From Gammaproteobacteria bacterium (lineage in GTDB: Bacteria; Pseudomonadota; Gammaproteobacteria; GCA-001735895): a stretch of DNA of 47,773 nucleotides. Shown one piece after another: positions 9,982-20,017 of the stretch (positions within the stretch are counted from its first letter, which is position 1; every line of letters starts with the position of its first letter). The notes beneath the pieces were generated by a model. That model had not been told where the DNA came from. It did not search any database and saw only the letters and a program-made list of their open reading frames with translations. Position numbers and translations under genes: made by a program. The DNA is taken from contig JAOTTY010000002.1 in assembly GCA_029864185.1 (NCBI GenBank), positions 1 through 47,773 on the forward strand, in the 5' to 3' direction.

Positions 9982-10876
9982 TGCGCAAATCTTCGAGTCT
10001 CTTGTTGAAGATTACCAGCAGAGAGTAGAGGCGGCCCTCGATCAATGGCTGCCGCCGGCTGACGTTAACCCGGTGCGTTTGCACCAGGCGATGCGCTACG
10101 CGGTACTGGCGCCGGGTAAAAGGGTTCGTCCGATACTGGTATATGCCACCGCGGCGACGCTCGGTCTCGACCTGAAAAAGGTCGATGGCGCGGCCAGCGC
10201 GGTCGAGATCATACACGCCTATTCGCTGATCCACGACGACTTGCCAGCCATGGACGACGATGACCTCAGGCGCGGTCGTCCTACCTGTCATCGCAAATTC
10301 GACGAAGCCACCGCGATACTCGCCGGGGATGCCCTGCAGGCGCTGGCTTTCTACATCATCAGCCACGATCCCGACATGACCGCCGACGCGTCGGCGCGAT
10401 TGCAAATGATCGAAAACCTGTCGCTGTTCTCGGGCTCGCGCGGTATGGCGGGGGGCCAGGCGATCGACCTGGCGGCCGTCGGCAAGACGCTTAATATCGC
10501 CGAACTCGAGACCATGCATATCCACAAGACCGGGGCTCTGATTCGTACCTGTGTTCAGCTGGCCGCGTTCAGCACCAACGGGCTGGACGAGCGGTACTTC
10601 GCCGCGCTCGATTCCTACGCCAAATTTATCGGTCTCTCGTTCCAGGTGCAGGATGACATTCTCGACGTAACTGGCGACACCGCCACCCTCGGCAAGACCC
10701 AGGGATCGGACAGCGCGCACAACAAGCCGACATACCCTTCGATAATAGGCCTCGATGCATCGATCGAGAAAACTCGGGAGCTGCACCGGAACGCGCTGCA
10801 GGCGCTTTCGATATTTGGTGAGGAAGCCGACATTTTACGGTATATTTCAGCGTGGTTCATCGAGCGTAAAAATTGA
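9971..10876 (+). CDS. ispA: (2E,6E)-farnesyl diphosphate synthase
   Basis: Both Asp-rich motifs are present: LIHDDLPAMDDDDLRRG and FQVQDDILD. The ATG at 9971 overlaps the xseB 3' end. A TTG at 9968 is an alternative start. Confidence 0.92.
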   Translation: MKIDAQIFESLVEDYQQRVEAALDQWLPPADVNPVRLHQAMRYAVLAPGKRVRPILVYATAATLGLDLKKVDGAASAVEIIHAYSLIHDDLPAMDDDDLRRGRPTCHRKFDEATAILAGDALQALAFYIISHDPDMTADASARLQMIENLSLFSGSRGMAGGQAIDLAAVGKTLNIAELETMHIHKTGALIRTCVQLAAFSTNGLDERYFAALDSYAKFIGLSFQVQDDILDVTGDTATLGKTQGSDSAHNKPTYPSIIGLDASIEKTRELHRNALQALSIFGEEADILRYISAWFIERKN

Positions 10877-10886
10877 GCAGGCCGCC

Positions 10887-12773
10887 GTGCTTGATAACAG
10901 TCATTTGAATAATATTAGCGAAACATATCCGATACTCGCGCAGATCGACAGCCCGGACGATTTGCGCGGGCTCGAGGAAAACCAGCTGCCGGAACTGGCA
11001 GAGGAAATTCGCGCCTTCCTGTTACAAAGCCTGGCGCGCACCGGCGGCCATCTCGCTTCCGGCCTCGGATCGGTCGAAATTACGATCGCCCTGCACTACC
11101 TGTTCAATACCCCGCACGACCGCCTGGTCTGGGATGTTGGTCACCAGTGCTACCCGCACAAGATCCTGACCGGGCGGCGCGACCGGATGTCCAGTATGCG
11201 GCAAAAAGGCGGGCTTTCGGGATTTCCCAAGATTACCGAATCGGAGTACGACCATTTTGGTGCAGGGCATTCCAGCACCTCCATCAGCGCCGCCCTGGGC
11301 ATGGCAATCGCCGCTAACGCGCAGGGCATAGACCGAAAAACGGTCGCCATTATCGGTGACGGCGGCATGACCGCGGGCATGGCCTACGAGGCGCTAAACC
11401 ACGGCGGCGCGCTCGATAATGATCTGCTGGTAATTTTGAATGACAACGAAATGTCGATCTCGCCCAACGTCGGCGCGATGTCGAAATACCTGTCCAGCAT
11501 CTGGTCGGGAAAGATATACTCCAGCCTGCGATCGGGCAGCAAGAAGGTGCTGCGACGCATCCCCAGCGCCTGGGAGCTGGCCAAACGCGCCGAGGAACAC
11601 GTCAAGGGCATGGTCACGCCGGGAACGCTGTTCGAAGAACTCGGGTTCTCCTATTTTGGACCCATCGACGGGCATAATCTGAAGGATCTGCTCTCGCTGA
11701 TACGCAACCTGCAGCACCTGTCCGGTCCGCGAATGCTGCACATCGTCACGCGCAAGGGACAGGGCTACACGCCCGCGGAAGAGGACGCCTGCAAGTTTCA
11801 CGGCATCGGGCCTTTTAATCCCGAAACCGGGGACGTCAAGTCTTCGAATAAGCCAGGTACGCAATCCTATACCAGCGTCTTCTCCGACTGGCTGGTTACC
11901 AGGGGCGCCAGCGATACCAAACTTCATGCGATTACGCCGGCGATGCGCGAGGGCTCGGGGCTCGTCAGGTTTTCCGAGGAAATGCCCGACCGCTACCACG
12001 ACGTCGGCATAGCAGAACAGCATGCGGTCACGCTGGCGGCCGGCATGGCGCGCGAGGGGCTCAAACCGGTGGTGGCTATTTATTCGACGTTCCTGCAGCG
12101 CGGCTACGATCAATTCGTCCATGATGTCGCGGTACAGGGTCTCGACGTAACCTTCGCCGTCGATCGCGCCGGAATCGTCGGCGCGGACGGCGCGACCCAT
12201 ACCGGGAATTTCGACATCGCCTACTGCCGCTGCATTCCGGACATCATCATGATGGCGCCGGCGAACGCAGAAGACATGTATACGCTGCTCAACGCCGCCT
12301 ACCACTATCCCGGGCCCGCGCTGGTACGATATCCGCGGGATAACACGGCGCAAGCCGACCCGGCAAACGTGGACGTTATCGCCGAAATCGGCAAGGCTTT
12401 GGTGGTGCGCAAGGGCAACAGGACCGCGCTGCTGGTTTTTGGCAGTCTTCTCGATGTCGCCCTGCCGATCGCCGAGGAACTCGATCTGAGCCTGGTCAAT
12501 ATGCGTTTTATCAAGCCAATCGACGAATCGCTGGTCGAAAGCCTGGCCGCGAGCCACGATTTCCTGATTACGCTCGAAGACGCGAGTATTGCCGGCGGGG
12601 CCGGTTCGGCCGTGCTCGAGTTTCTCAATCGAAAGCAGCTGCAGGTTCCGCTGCTGCGCCTCGGCCTCGACGACTTCTTCCCTTCGCAGGGTAGCCGCCA
12701 GGAAATACTGCAGGATTATGGACTCGATCCCACCACGCTACGCGACGCAATCAACGGATTTACCCGGGTCTGA
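10887..12773 (+). CDS. dxs: 1-deoxy-D-xylulose-5-phosphate synthase
   Basis: Motifs: GHSSTSISAALGMA, the ThDP motif IIGDGGMTAGMAYEALNHGG and DVGIAEQHAVT. The track ORF start (10755) lies inside ispA. I chose the GTG at 10887 just after the ispA stop. A TTG at 10905 is an alternative. Confidence 0.9.
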   Translation: MLDNSHLNNISETYPILAQIDSPDDLRGLEENQLPELAEEIRAFLLQSLARTGGHLASGLGSVEITIALHYLFNTPHDRLVWDVGHQCYPHKILTGRRDRMSSMRQKGGLSGFPKITESEYDHFGAGHSSTSISAALGMAIAANAQGIDRKTVAIIGDGGMTAGMAYEALNHGGALDNDLLVILNDNEMSISPNVGAMSKYLSSIWSGKIYSSLRSGSKKVLRRIPSAWELAKRAEEHVKGMVTPGTLFEELGFSYFGPIDGHNLKDLLSLIRNLQHLSGPRMLHIVTRKGQGYTPAEEDACKFHGIGPFNPETGDVKSSNKPGTQSYTSVFSDWLVTRGASDTKLHAITPAMREGSGLVRFSEEMPDRYHDVGIAEQHAVTLAAGMAREGLKPVVAIYSTFLQRGYDQFVHDVAVQGLDVTFAVDRAGIVGADGATHTGNFDIAYCRCIPDIIMMAPANAEDMYTLLNAAYHYPGPALVRYPRDNTAQADPANVDVIAEIGKALVVRKGNRTALLVFGSLLDVALPIAEELDLSLVNMRFIKPIDESLVESLAASHDFLITLEDASIAGGAGSAVLEFLNRKQLQVPLLRLGLDDFFPSQGSRQEILQDYGLDPTTLRDAINGFTRV

Positions 12774-12928
12774 AGGCTCCGGAATTTGCGCTTAAATTAA
12801 TCGAATTTTGCCGAATTTGGCGCTGCATGACCGTTTAATTAATGGCTTCCGTCCTGCGATTCCCCTACAATAAAACCTGCCGGGTTGTAAAACCGGGCAT
12901 AAATATAACCAAGCTACAGAGTAAAATT

Positions 12929-13138
12929 ATGTCTGAAACAGTAACAGGCACGGTTAAGTGGTTTAACGATGCCAAAGGCTATGGCTTTATTTCGCAAGAA
13001 GGTGGAAAAGACGTTTTCGTACATTACAGCGCGATACAGGCTGAAGGTCATAAAACGCTTCAGCAAGGTCAGACGGTGACCATGAAGGTTACCGATGGCG
13101 CCAAGGGCCCACAGGCCGAAGACGTCTCCCCCGCTTAA
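12929..13138 (+). CDS. CspA-family cold-shock protein
   Basis: [36 protein letters not shown] contains RNP1 (KGYGFI) and RNP2 (VFVHY). The ATG is at 12929. The upstream 29 codons of the track ORF are rejected. Confidence 0.95.
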   Translation: MSETVTGTVKWFNDAKGYGFISQEGGKDVFVHYSAIQAEGHKTLQQGQTVTMKVTDGAKGPQAEDVSPA

Positions 13139-13317
13139 ATCACAATAATAATAACGACACTTACGACCTCCTGACTCCGGCCCGTCAACGGCTGGTTCAG
13201 TTACAGCGGCGAAATTGATGATTTCGTCACAACGACGCTGTGCCACTCGTTTAGACCTCCATATATCCTGTTGTCGCCATCTGCTGTCGTAAATGGGATA
13301 ATCGCCATTATGACTAT

Positions 13318-13345
13318 TTGCCTTAAACCGACCGCGCAGTATAAT
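13318..13345 (+). promoter_or_regulatory. candidate sigma70 promoter upstream of folE2
   Basis: TTGCCT (13318-13323) - 16 nt - TATAAT (13340-13345). It would give a leader of about 100 nt before the ATG at 13453. Confidence 0.3.
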
Positions 13346-13452
13346 ACCCGACTATTTTACTCAGTTATTGACATGCTAACTTCAACAAACTGCTCTATCA
13401 CTCATTCACGACGCTGCAATGGGCTGCACGGGGCTTGTGACAGGATCAAGCC

Positions 13453-14274
13453 ATGAATGGTGAACCCGCTACCACGACCGTTGCGTCGATTCCCGACGTA
13501 CAGGGAACCGCAGATACCCGCAAACTTGCTATCAACAAGGTCGGTATCAAGGACATTCGGCATCCGGTGATCGTAAAGGACCGTTCCGACGGTCAGCAGC
13601 ACACGATCGCAACCTTCAACATGTTCGTGTTTCTGCCCCACCAGTTCAAGGGCACCCACATGTCACGTTTCGTAAAAATTCTGAATGATCACGAAAAGGA
13701 AATATCCTATACCTCTTTCAACGAGATGCTGCGCGAAATGGCCGAGCTACTCGAAGCCGAGTCTGGCTATATCGAGATGCATTTTCCGTATTTCGTGAAC
13801 AAGAAGGCGCCGATCTCGGGCGTCGAATCCCTGCTCGATTACGAAGTATCGCTGATCGGGGAAATCAACTCGGGCGTGACCAGCACCCGTATCAAGGTGC
13901 AGATCCCGGTCACCAGCCTGTGTCCATGCTCCAAATCCATTTCGGATTACGGCGCCCATAACCAGCGTTCGCACGTTACGCTCGATGCCAAGACCAGCGG
14001 ATTTATCTGGATCGAGGAACTGATCGATATCGTCGAAAAACAGGCTTCCTGCGAACTCTACGGACTGTTGAAACGACCCGACGAAAAATACGTGACCGAG
14101 CGTGCCTACGACAACCCGAAATTCGTCGAAGACATGGTGCGTGACATAGCAGGTGAGCTAAACAAGGATGATCGGATCCGCCAGTACGTACTCGAATCGG
14201 AAAATTTCGAATCCATTCACAACCACTCGGCCTACGCGCTGATCGAGTTCGACAAGGAAGCAAAAAAGGGCTAG
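13453..14274 (+). CDS. folE2: GTP cyclohydrolase FolE2 (type IB)
   Basis: [26 protein letters not shown]...GTHMSRFV...VTSLCPCSK...[10 protein letters not shown] are family-typical motifs. Confidence 0.88.
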   Translation: MNGEPATTTVASIPDVQGTADTRKLAINKVGIKDIRHPVIVKDRSDGQQHTIATFNMFVFLPHQFKGTHMSRFVKILNDHEKEISYTSFNEMLREMAELLEAESGYIEMHFPYFVNKKAPISGVESLLDYEVSLIGEINSGVTSTRIKVQIPVTSLCPCSKSISDYGAHNQRSHVTLDAKTSGFIWIEELIDIVEKQASCELYGLLKRPDEKYVTERAYDNPKFVEDMVRDIAGELNKDDRIRQYVLESENFESIHNHSAYALIEFDKEAKKG

Positions 14275-14425
14275 CCTGACTAATTTAGCAGTCGGACCCG
14301 GCCCTGACTTGTCTTGATAACGCCTGGCCGGAGCTTCGTTCAGGCTTTGGCGATGGCTATGCCTTTCAGTCCAGCACGGCGGTGTGTCCCGCGTCATCCT
14401 CCCAGCTACCGGAGCAATATTCGGG

Positions 14426-15181
14426 CTAGACGGTAATCCAGCCGAAGCCTGCTTCCTGGTCCGCGAGTATCGGCTCCGGAACATTATCCAGCTGTCGAAT
14501 CAGCTTATCCACCAGATGGCGCGCATTGTTCTTCTCGGAAATATGCGCGGCGATCAGGCACCCCAGGCTGCTGGTGTCTATCTGACGCAGCAAATCCATC
14601 GACTGGTCGTTCGACAGGTGTCCGTGCTTACCTCCGACGCGCCGCTTGAGCATTTCCGGGTAGGGCCCGTTTTCCAGCATATCGAGGTCGTAATTGAACT
14701 CCAGCAATAGTCCATCGAGCCGGCCGAAGGCCTCGACGATATGGCTGGTAATGTGGCCGGTGTCGGTCAACAGGCCGAGACGCTTGCCGTTATCCAGCTG
14801 ATGGAAAATGAACTGCAAGGGTTCGCTGGCGTCATGAGGCACCGTTACCGGTAACACCTCGATGCCGCCGATCGTGACGGTTTGGCCTGCAACCAGCCTG
14901 TTGTATTCGAAACCGGGCGCCAGCGCTGCGCGTGCGGTGCCCACCGCGGTCCACAAAGGGATATCGTGGCTGGCACAAAGCCTCTGCACGCCACCGCTAT
15001 GGTCCCCGTGTTCATGGGTCAGCAGCACCGCATCGATGGCCCGGGGATCGATTTCGAGCCGTTGCAGGCGCTGCGTGAACTGTTTCAGCGAAAAACCATT
15101 GTCGATCAACAACGTGGTTTCCTGGTGCTGGACCAGGGTCGCGTTGCCCCGGCTGCCACTACCCAGCGACGCAATTCTCAT
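14426..15181 (-). CDS. MBL-fold metallo-hydrolase
   Basis: MRIASLGSGSRGNATLV...LLIDNGFS...LLTHEHGDHSGG (HxHxDH motif). It starts 6 nt after the bamC stop, so it is probably the last gene of a dapA-bamC operon. Confidence 0.85.
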   Translation of the reverse strand: MRIASLGSGSRGNATLVQHQETTLLIDNGFSLKQFTQRLQRLEIDPRAIDAVLLTHEHGDHSGGVQRLCASHDIPLWTAVGTARAALAPGFEYNRLVAGQTVTIGGIEVLPVTVPHDASEPLQFIFHQLDNGKRLGLLTDTGHITSHIVEAFGRLDGLLLEFNYDLDMLENGPYPEMLKRRVGGKHGHLSNDQSMDLLRQIDTSSLGCLIAAHISEKNNARHLVDKLIRQLDNVPEPILADQEAGFGWITV

Positions 15182-15186
15182 ATCCG

Positions 15187-16293
15187 CTACCTGATCTGCT
15201 GGTACAACAGTTTGAGAAACTCGGCACCCTCCGGAGTAGTATCGAGATCGCCCTGTTCGTTTTCGATATCGACACGGGTCAGTTCATGGCTCTCCTCGGA
15301 GAGCACCAGCGTCAGTTTCTTTTGCCGCTTTTGGTCCGACGATCCAAAAAATGAAAAGAAACCACCATCGCCGGCACTTTCGATCACTTCGGTGGCCACG
15401 GTTATCACCCCTTCCTGGCCAAACCCGATCCCGGTATTGAAATCGGCACTGACGATACTGAAATTCAGACGCTCGAGCTCGTGATAAACCCGATTCCATG
15501 CAATCTGATAGGAATCCTTCAGGATCAGAAAAGGCGAACGCTCCTCGGTATCGAATTGCAGGAATGCCCTGGGCTTGAATAATTTGGCGCTGGCCAGCTG
15601 CTGTTCCACCTGCGACCGCTGCAAGCCCAGGTAAATCATCAACCTCGACAGCATCTCGATTTCAAGCTCCGGCTCCGGTTGACGAAAACGCCACTGGTTG
15701 TCCTCGTCTTCGAACTCCGTCACGCTCCTGTCCTCGCCCTCGAACACGTAGACATACTCGGTACCCCGATGGACGATGTAGATCCGGTTTCTGCCCTGCT
15801 CGCCGCGCTCGATCCGGGTTCTGAACTGATCCTGGCTCGCGCTCAGGTCATCGTTGCCAAACAGGCGTGAAAGCCAGCCGCCCGATTCGTCATTGGTCCC
15901 TACCTTTCTGAAGACCCATTCCGTCTGCATCACCCCGATGACGGGCTCCTCGATGCTGAGACGATAACCCTCGGAAGCCCAGAAATTCTTGACCTGCTGG
16001 TACAGGTTTTCGATCGGCTCCTCGACGCTTAACCAGTACAGTCCGGCACTGCCCTCGAGGCGAATCGAGTCGACCTTGGCCAGCACGGGAATCCTGTCAC
16101 GGACACTGTCGTCGTCACCGGAGATACCGTCCGGCAACTCGAAGCCGGATTCAACTTCATCCGCGACCAGGTCGGGAGGCAGCTCGAGACGTTTCTCCAG
16201 CGTCACTTCCAGGTAGCGTTGATCGAGATCGCTCTGGCAGCCGGCTATCAGGGCGGCCAGGACCAGCAGCGCCGCCGCTTGTATATCTCTCAT
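15187..16293 (-). CDS. bamC: outer membrane protein assembly factor BamC (lipoprotein)
   Basis: The internal ATG at 16293 gives MRDIQAAALLVLAALIAGCQSD, a lipobox signal peptide. The ATGA overlaps the dapA stop. The dapA-bamC order is conserved. Confidence 0.8.
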   Translation of the reverse strand: MRDIQAAALLVLAALIAGCQSDLDQRYLEVTLEKRLELPPDLVADEVESGFELPDGISGDDDSVRDRIPVLAKVDSIRLEGSAGLYWLSVEEPIENLYQQVKNFWASEGYRLSIEEPVIGVMQTEWVFRKVGTNDESGGWLSRLFGNDDLSASQDQFRTRIERGEQGRNRIYIVHRGTEYVYVFEGEDRSVTEFEDEDNQWRFRQPEPELEIEMLSRLMIYLGLQRSQVEQQLASAKLFKPRAFLQFDTEERSPFLILKDSYQIAWNRVYHELERLNFSIVSADFNTGIGFGQEGVITVATEVIESAGDGGFFSFFGSSDQKRQKKLTLVLSEESHELTRVDIENEQGDLDTTPEGAEFLKLLYQQIR

Positions 16294-17165
16294 AGCGCAC
16301 CGCAGGCTACCAGCGCCTGTCTGAGCGGCGCCTGATGTTCCTCCGAGAGCACGGTCATCGGCAGCCGCAAGTTCAGCTCTCCGAATCCCATTTGCGAAAC
16401 CGCCCATTTAACCGGGATAGGATTGGACTCGATAAACAACAAGCGATGCAGATCGGCAATTTCGGCATCCGCCGCACGCGCCTCCTGTTCCTTACCCTCC
16501 GCGGCGAGGTGGCACATTCTGGCCATTTTGGCCGGTACGACATTAGCGGTGACCGATATCGCGCCATGGCCTCCATTTAGAATAAACTCGCAGGTCGTCG
16601 AGTCGTCACCGGTGAGCAACGCAAAATCGTCGCTTACCTGGCGCTTGATATCGGCAAGCCGCTCCATGCTGCCGGTGGCTTCCTTGATGCCAACAATATT
16701 GTCGACCCTGGACAACTCGGCAACCGTGTCCGCCAGCATATCGCATGCCGTACGCCCGGGAACATTGTAAAGAATCTGGGGGATATCGACGGCACCGGCG
16801 ATCGCCTGATGATGCAGGATCAAACCTTTTTGCGTCGGTTTATTGTAATAGGGAGTCACCAGCAACGCGGCATCGGCCCGGCTCTCTTTGGCGCAGCGGG
16901 TAAGTTCTATGGCTTCCGCGGTCGAATTAGCACCGGTGCCTGCAATCATCGGCATGCGCTGGCCGATAATTTCGTAGCTGCGTTGTAGCAATTCGCAGTG
17001 CTCGCGCGGGCTTAGCGTGGCCGATTCGCCGGTGGTGCCGGCAATAACCACGGCATCCGTAGCCTCGCGCACATGAAAATCGATCAGGGCCTCGAGTTGC
17101 GTGTAATCAACATCGCCGTTACTCAGCATTGGAGTGACCAATGCCACGATACTGCCTTTAAACAT
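16290..17165 (-). CDS. dapA: 4-hydroxy-tetrahydrodipicolinate synthase
   Basis: MFKGSIVALVTPM...AGTTGESATLS...YNKPTQ...GIKEATG, and the length is typical of the family. Confidence 0.95.
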   Translation of the reverse strand: MFKGSIVALVTPMLSNGDVDYTQLEALIDFHVREATDAVVIAGTTGESATLSPREHCELLQRSYEIIGQRMPMIAGTGANSTAEAIELTRCAKESRADAALLVTPYYNKPTQKGLILHHQAIAGAVDIPQILYNVPGRTACDMLADTVAELSRVDNIVGIKEATGSMERLADIKRQVSDDFALLTGDDSTTCEFILNGGHGAISVTANVVPAKMARMCHLAAEGKEQEARAADAEIADLHRLLFIESNPIPVKWAVSQMGFGELNLRLPMTVLSEEHQAPLRQALVACGAL

Positions 17166-17285
17166 GGATAACCTCTGTAGCCCCGTGGCTCATCAAGGGG
17201 CGTATGTTATAAAGAAACCCCGCCATTTTGAAGCTATTCCTGCGATAAGTGGGCACAGGGGCCGGGGCTTCGGTTGCGGGGATAA

Positions 17286-18347
17286 TTATTCCGCGATCAT
17301 TTCCTCGGTCGGCCAGGCCTTGAGGATTGCCTGGATCAACGTCGCCAGCGGAATCGCGAAGAACACGCCCCATACCCCCCACAGGCTGCCGAAGAATACG
17401 ACCGCCACGATAATGGCTACCGGGTGCAGGTTGACCACCTCGGAAAACAGTAGCGGTACCAGCAGGTTACCGTCCAGAAACTGGATAAATCCGTAAATTG
17501 CCATCAACCAGCCGAATTCCGAGGTAAATCCCCACTGGAAAAACGCGATCAGTGCCACCGGTATCGTAACTACCGTCGCGCCAACATAAGGGATGATTAC
17601 CGACAGGCCTACGGCGAGGCTGAGCAGCATCGCGTAGTTGAGCCCCATTACCTCGAACGCGACGTAGGTTGCTACCCAGATGATCAGGACCTCGATAACC
17701 TTTCCGCGCACGTAACTGGCGATCTTGACATCGAGCTCGGCCCAGACGGCACGCAACAGGCGGCGTTCCTCTGGTAAAAAATCGGCCAGCCAGTTCAGGA
17801 TGATGTCCTTGTCTTTCAAAAAGAAAAATACCATCAGCGGTAGCAGGATCATGTACACCAGGAAGGTGATAATCCCCACCACCGACGCCAGCGATATGCT
17901 GACCACGCGCTGGCCAAAGGTAGTCACCTCGTTGCGCGCCAGGGTCAGGATTTCCTCGATTTGCCTGGCGGAGACATAGTCGGGATACTGCTCGGGCAAT
18001 TGCAGCAGCAATTGTTGTCCCTGGGCGAGCATGCTCGGCATTTCGCGAAACAGCTCGCTAACCTGTTTTGACAGCAGCGGCAGCAACACAAAAAACACCA
18101 GGATGATGGTAGCGATCATGAGCATGGTCACGATACTTGCCGCGACGGTTCTGCCAAGATTGATTTTGTGCAGCAAGGCCACGAGGCCCTCGGCCAGGTA
18201 AGCGATAATGATCGCGATCAGTATCGGCATCAAGGTGGTATTGAGGACGAAAATCAGCAGCGCGCCGACAATCAGGATAAACGCAAAGATCACCGTCTGC
18301 GGATCGGTGAAATGACGGTTATACCACTGGAGCAAAATCTCGAACAT
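17286..18347 (-). CDS. AI-2E family transporter (PerM-like permease)
   Basis: Polytopic membrane protein with a family-typical C-terminal region: IPYVGATVVTIP...LDGNLLVPLLFSEVVNLHPVAIIVAVVFFGSLWGVWGVFFAIPLA. Confidence 0.8.
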   Translation of the reverse strand: MFEILLQWYNRHFTDPQTVIFAFILIVGALLIFVLNTTLMPILIAIIIAYLAEGLVALLHKINLGRTVAASIVTMLMIATIILVFFVLLPLLSKQVSELFREMPSMLAQGQQLLLQLPEQYPDYVSARQIEEILTLARNEVTTFGQRVVSISLASVVGIITFLVYMILLPLMVFFFLKDKDIILNWLADFLPEERRLLRAVWAELDVKIASYVRGKVIEVLIIWVATYVAFEVMGLNYAMLLSLAVGLSVIIPYVGATVVTIPVALIAFFQWGFTSEFGWLMAIYGFIQFLDGNLLVPLLFSEVVNLHPVAIIVAVVFFGSLWGVWGVFFAIPLATLIQAILKAWPTEEMIAE

Positions 18348-18384
18348 GACTTAGATAACTATCGGCAGGGACCGGGGCTTCAAT

Positions 18385-19296
18385 TTAACCGTGGTTTTTG
18401 AAATAAGCTTGTGCAAACTCGAGCAATTCTTCCATAACCGTAACCCGAAACTTCTGTCGTTGACGCACGAACGAGAATGGCCGGCTCAAGGGCGGATCAA
18501 GCTGTAAGTGACGAAGTGTATTCAGTTTGAGCTCTTTGTCGATGATCGAACGCGAAATTATCGTAATTCCCATGCCGGCCTCGACCGCGCCCTTGATGGC
18601 CTCGGGACTGCCCAGCTCGAGGCAAAGATTCATTTCGTTGGGATTTACCTGCTGATCGACGAGGTACTGCATGACCACATCCCGCGTACCCGAACCCTCC
18701 TCGCGGCTGACAAACGGATATTTCAGAATCTCCGCCGCCCTGACCTTACCTCCCCGTTTGACGAGCTCGTGGTCGGGTGCCGCGACCACCACGAGTTGAT
18801 CATCGTGACAGACCTCGACAATCAGGTTCTTGTTACTGACCGATGATTCGACGACACCAAGGTCGATCACGTTATGCTCCACCATCGAAACAATGCCCTC
18901 GGAATTGGATACCTTCAGGCGCAGGTTGATGTCGGGGTAACGATTCTTGAACTCGCCCAGCAGCGCCGGCAGCATGTACTCGGCGATCGTGGTGCTGGCC
19001 CCGATCGTCAGCGCGCCGCTGATTTCGCCGGTCAGGTCGCGCACCGAGTTCTCCATTTCTGCATAAAGGTCGAAAATGCGTTCGGCAAACTCGGACACCT
19101 TCTCCCCTGCCGGAGTCAGGTTGACCTTGTTATGGGTGCGGTCGAACAGGCGGGTATTGAAATATTCTTCGAGCTGGCGTACCTGGAAGGTTACCGCTGG
19201 CTGGGTCATGTGCAGGGCTTCGGCCGCCTTGGTAAAGCTCAGCAGCCTGGCCACGGTGTGAAAAACCTTGAGTCTGCGATCGCTCATTGCGTGCAT
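18385..19296 (-). CDS. LysR-family transcriptional regulator
   Basis: N-terminal wHTH: LKVFHTVARLLSFTKAAEALHMTQPAVTFQVRQLEEYFNTRLFDR. The C-terminus is a LysR substrate-binding-like domain. The start is ATG 19296 or ATG 19287. Confidence 0.9.
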   Translation of the reverse strand: MHAMSDRRLKVFHTVARLLSFTKAAEALHMTQPAVTFQVRQLEEYFNTRLFDRTHNKVNLTPAGEKVSEFAERIFDLYAEMENSVRDLTGEISGALTIGASTTIAEYMLPALLGEFKNRYPDINLRLKVSNSEGIVSMVEHNVIDLGVVESSVSNKNLIVEVCHDDQLVVVAAPDHELVKRGGKVRAAEILKYPFVSREEGSGTRDVVMQYLVDQQVNPNEMNLCLELGSPEAIKGAVEAGMGITIISRSIIDKELKLNTLRHLQLDPPLSRPFSFVRQRQKFRVTVMEELLEFAQAYFKNHG

Positions 19297-19490
19297 AAGC
19301 CCAATTAACAGGCAAGCAGTATATATTATTCTTATTAATACCTACAGGAGAGATAAATTTGTTTGATGAGAAGCGAAGAAAACGGCCGAAATTCTAACCA
19401 AGCACTTTAAAAAAAGATGGTAAATATTTGGATGACAACTATTATTTGGATTCGTAAACTGTCGAAATTAAAGGGAAAAAAGGGCAAGAC

Positions 19491-19919
19491 ATGCGTTATC
19501 TGATATACCTGACTCTGCTGGTGTCGATGCCTCTTCACGCCGGGGCAATAAAAAAGTGGATCGACGAGGAAGGCAATGTTTCTTACGGCGACGCGCCACC
19601 GATAACAGCCAAAACCGAGAATGTCCGCGTGCAGTCTGCGCCTAGCAACCCTGGCAAGGCATTGCCGCGCCTGTCTGCGCCCGGTTCCTCCGAGAGGACT
19701 GACGGCGATTCCGCCGCGAACGCCAACAACGGCGAAGACGTCCCCAAGGATCAGGCAAAGATAGCCTGCGACAATGCGCGGGAGGACCTCCAGGTCATAG
19801 GTCGCAGCAGTCGTATCAAGCTCAGGGCCGCCGATGGCAGCACACGCTTTATGACCACCGAGGAAATCGAGGAGCGCAAAACACAGGCCGAGGCCGATAT
19901 CGAGAGATTCTGCCAATAA
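19491..19919 (+). CDS. DUF4124-like exported protein
   Basis: Signal peptide MRYLIYLTLLVSMPLHAGA, followed by IKKWIDEEGNVSYGDAPP (the W-x-D-x-x-G-x-x-x-Y-x-D motif of DUF4124). Confidence 0.7.
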   Translation: MRYLIYLTLLVSMPLHAGAIKKWIDEEGNVSYGDAPPITAKTENVRVQSAPSNPGKALPRLSAPGSSERTDGDSAANANNGEDVPKDQAKIACDNAREDLQVIGRSSRIKLRAADGSTRFMTTEEIEERKTQAEADIERFCQ

Positions 19920-20017
19920 GCGGCAGCCCCGGTAAATTTCCTGTAAACCAGACGTGGAACCCCTATAATGCGCCGAATCTGATTCGACCGGTGCATCACC
20001 AAGGTGTTTGATTACCT

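Noticed and set aside
9863-10786. 307-aa minus-strand ORF antisense to ispA
   Set aside because: ispA on the plus strand has both Asp-rich motifs, so this is a shadow frame.
11394-12557. 387-aa minus-strand ORF antisense to dxs
   Set aside because: It lies entirely inside dxs, which has clear ThDP motifs, and has shadow-frame composition.
13290-13315. Possible Zur box (ATAAT-cgcc-ATTAT dyad) upstream of folE2
   Set aside because: The dyad is only 5+5 bp and does not match the longer AT-rich palindromic Zur consensus I know. I kept it as a note under the folE2 leader finding.
19297-19490. AT-rich 194-bp divergent region between the LysR regulator and the DUF4124 gene, as a possible sRNA or LysR T-N11-A operator
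   Set aside because: Only weak, short dyads (GTAT...ATAC) are present, with no hairpin-plus-T-run and no clear promoter pair. This is too little to call a feature.
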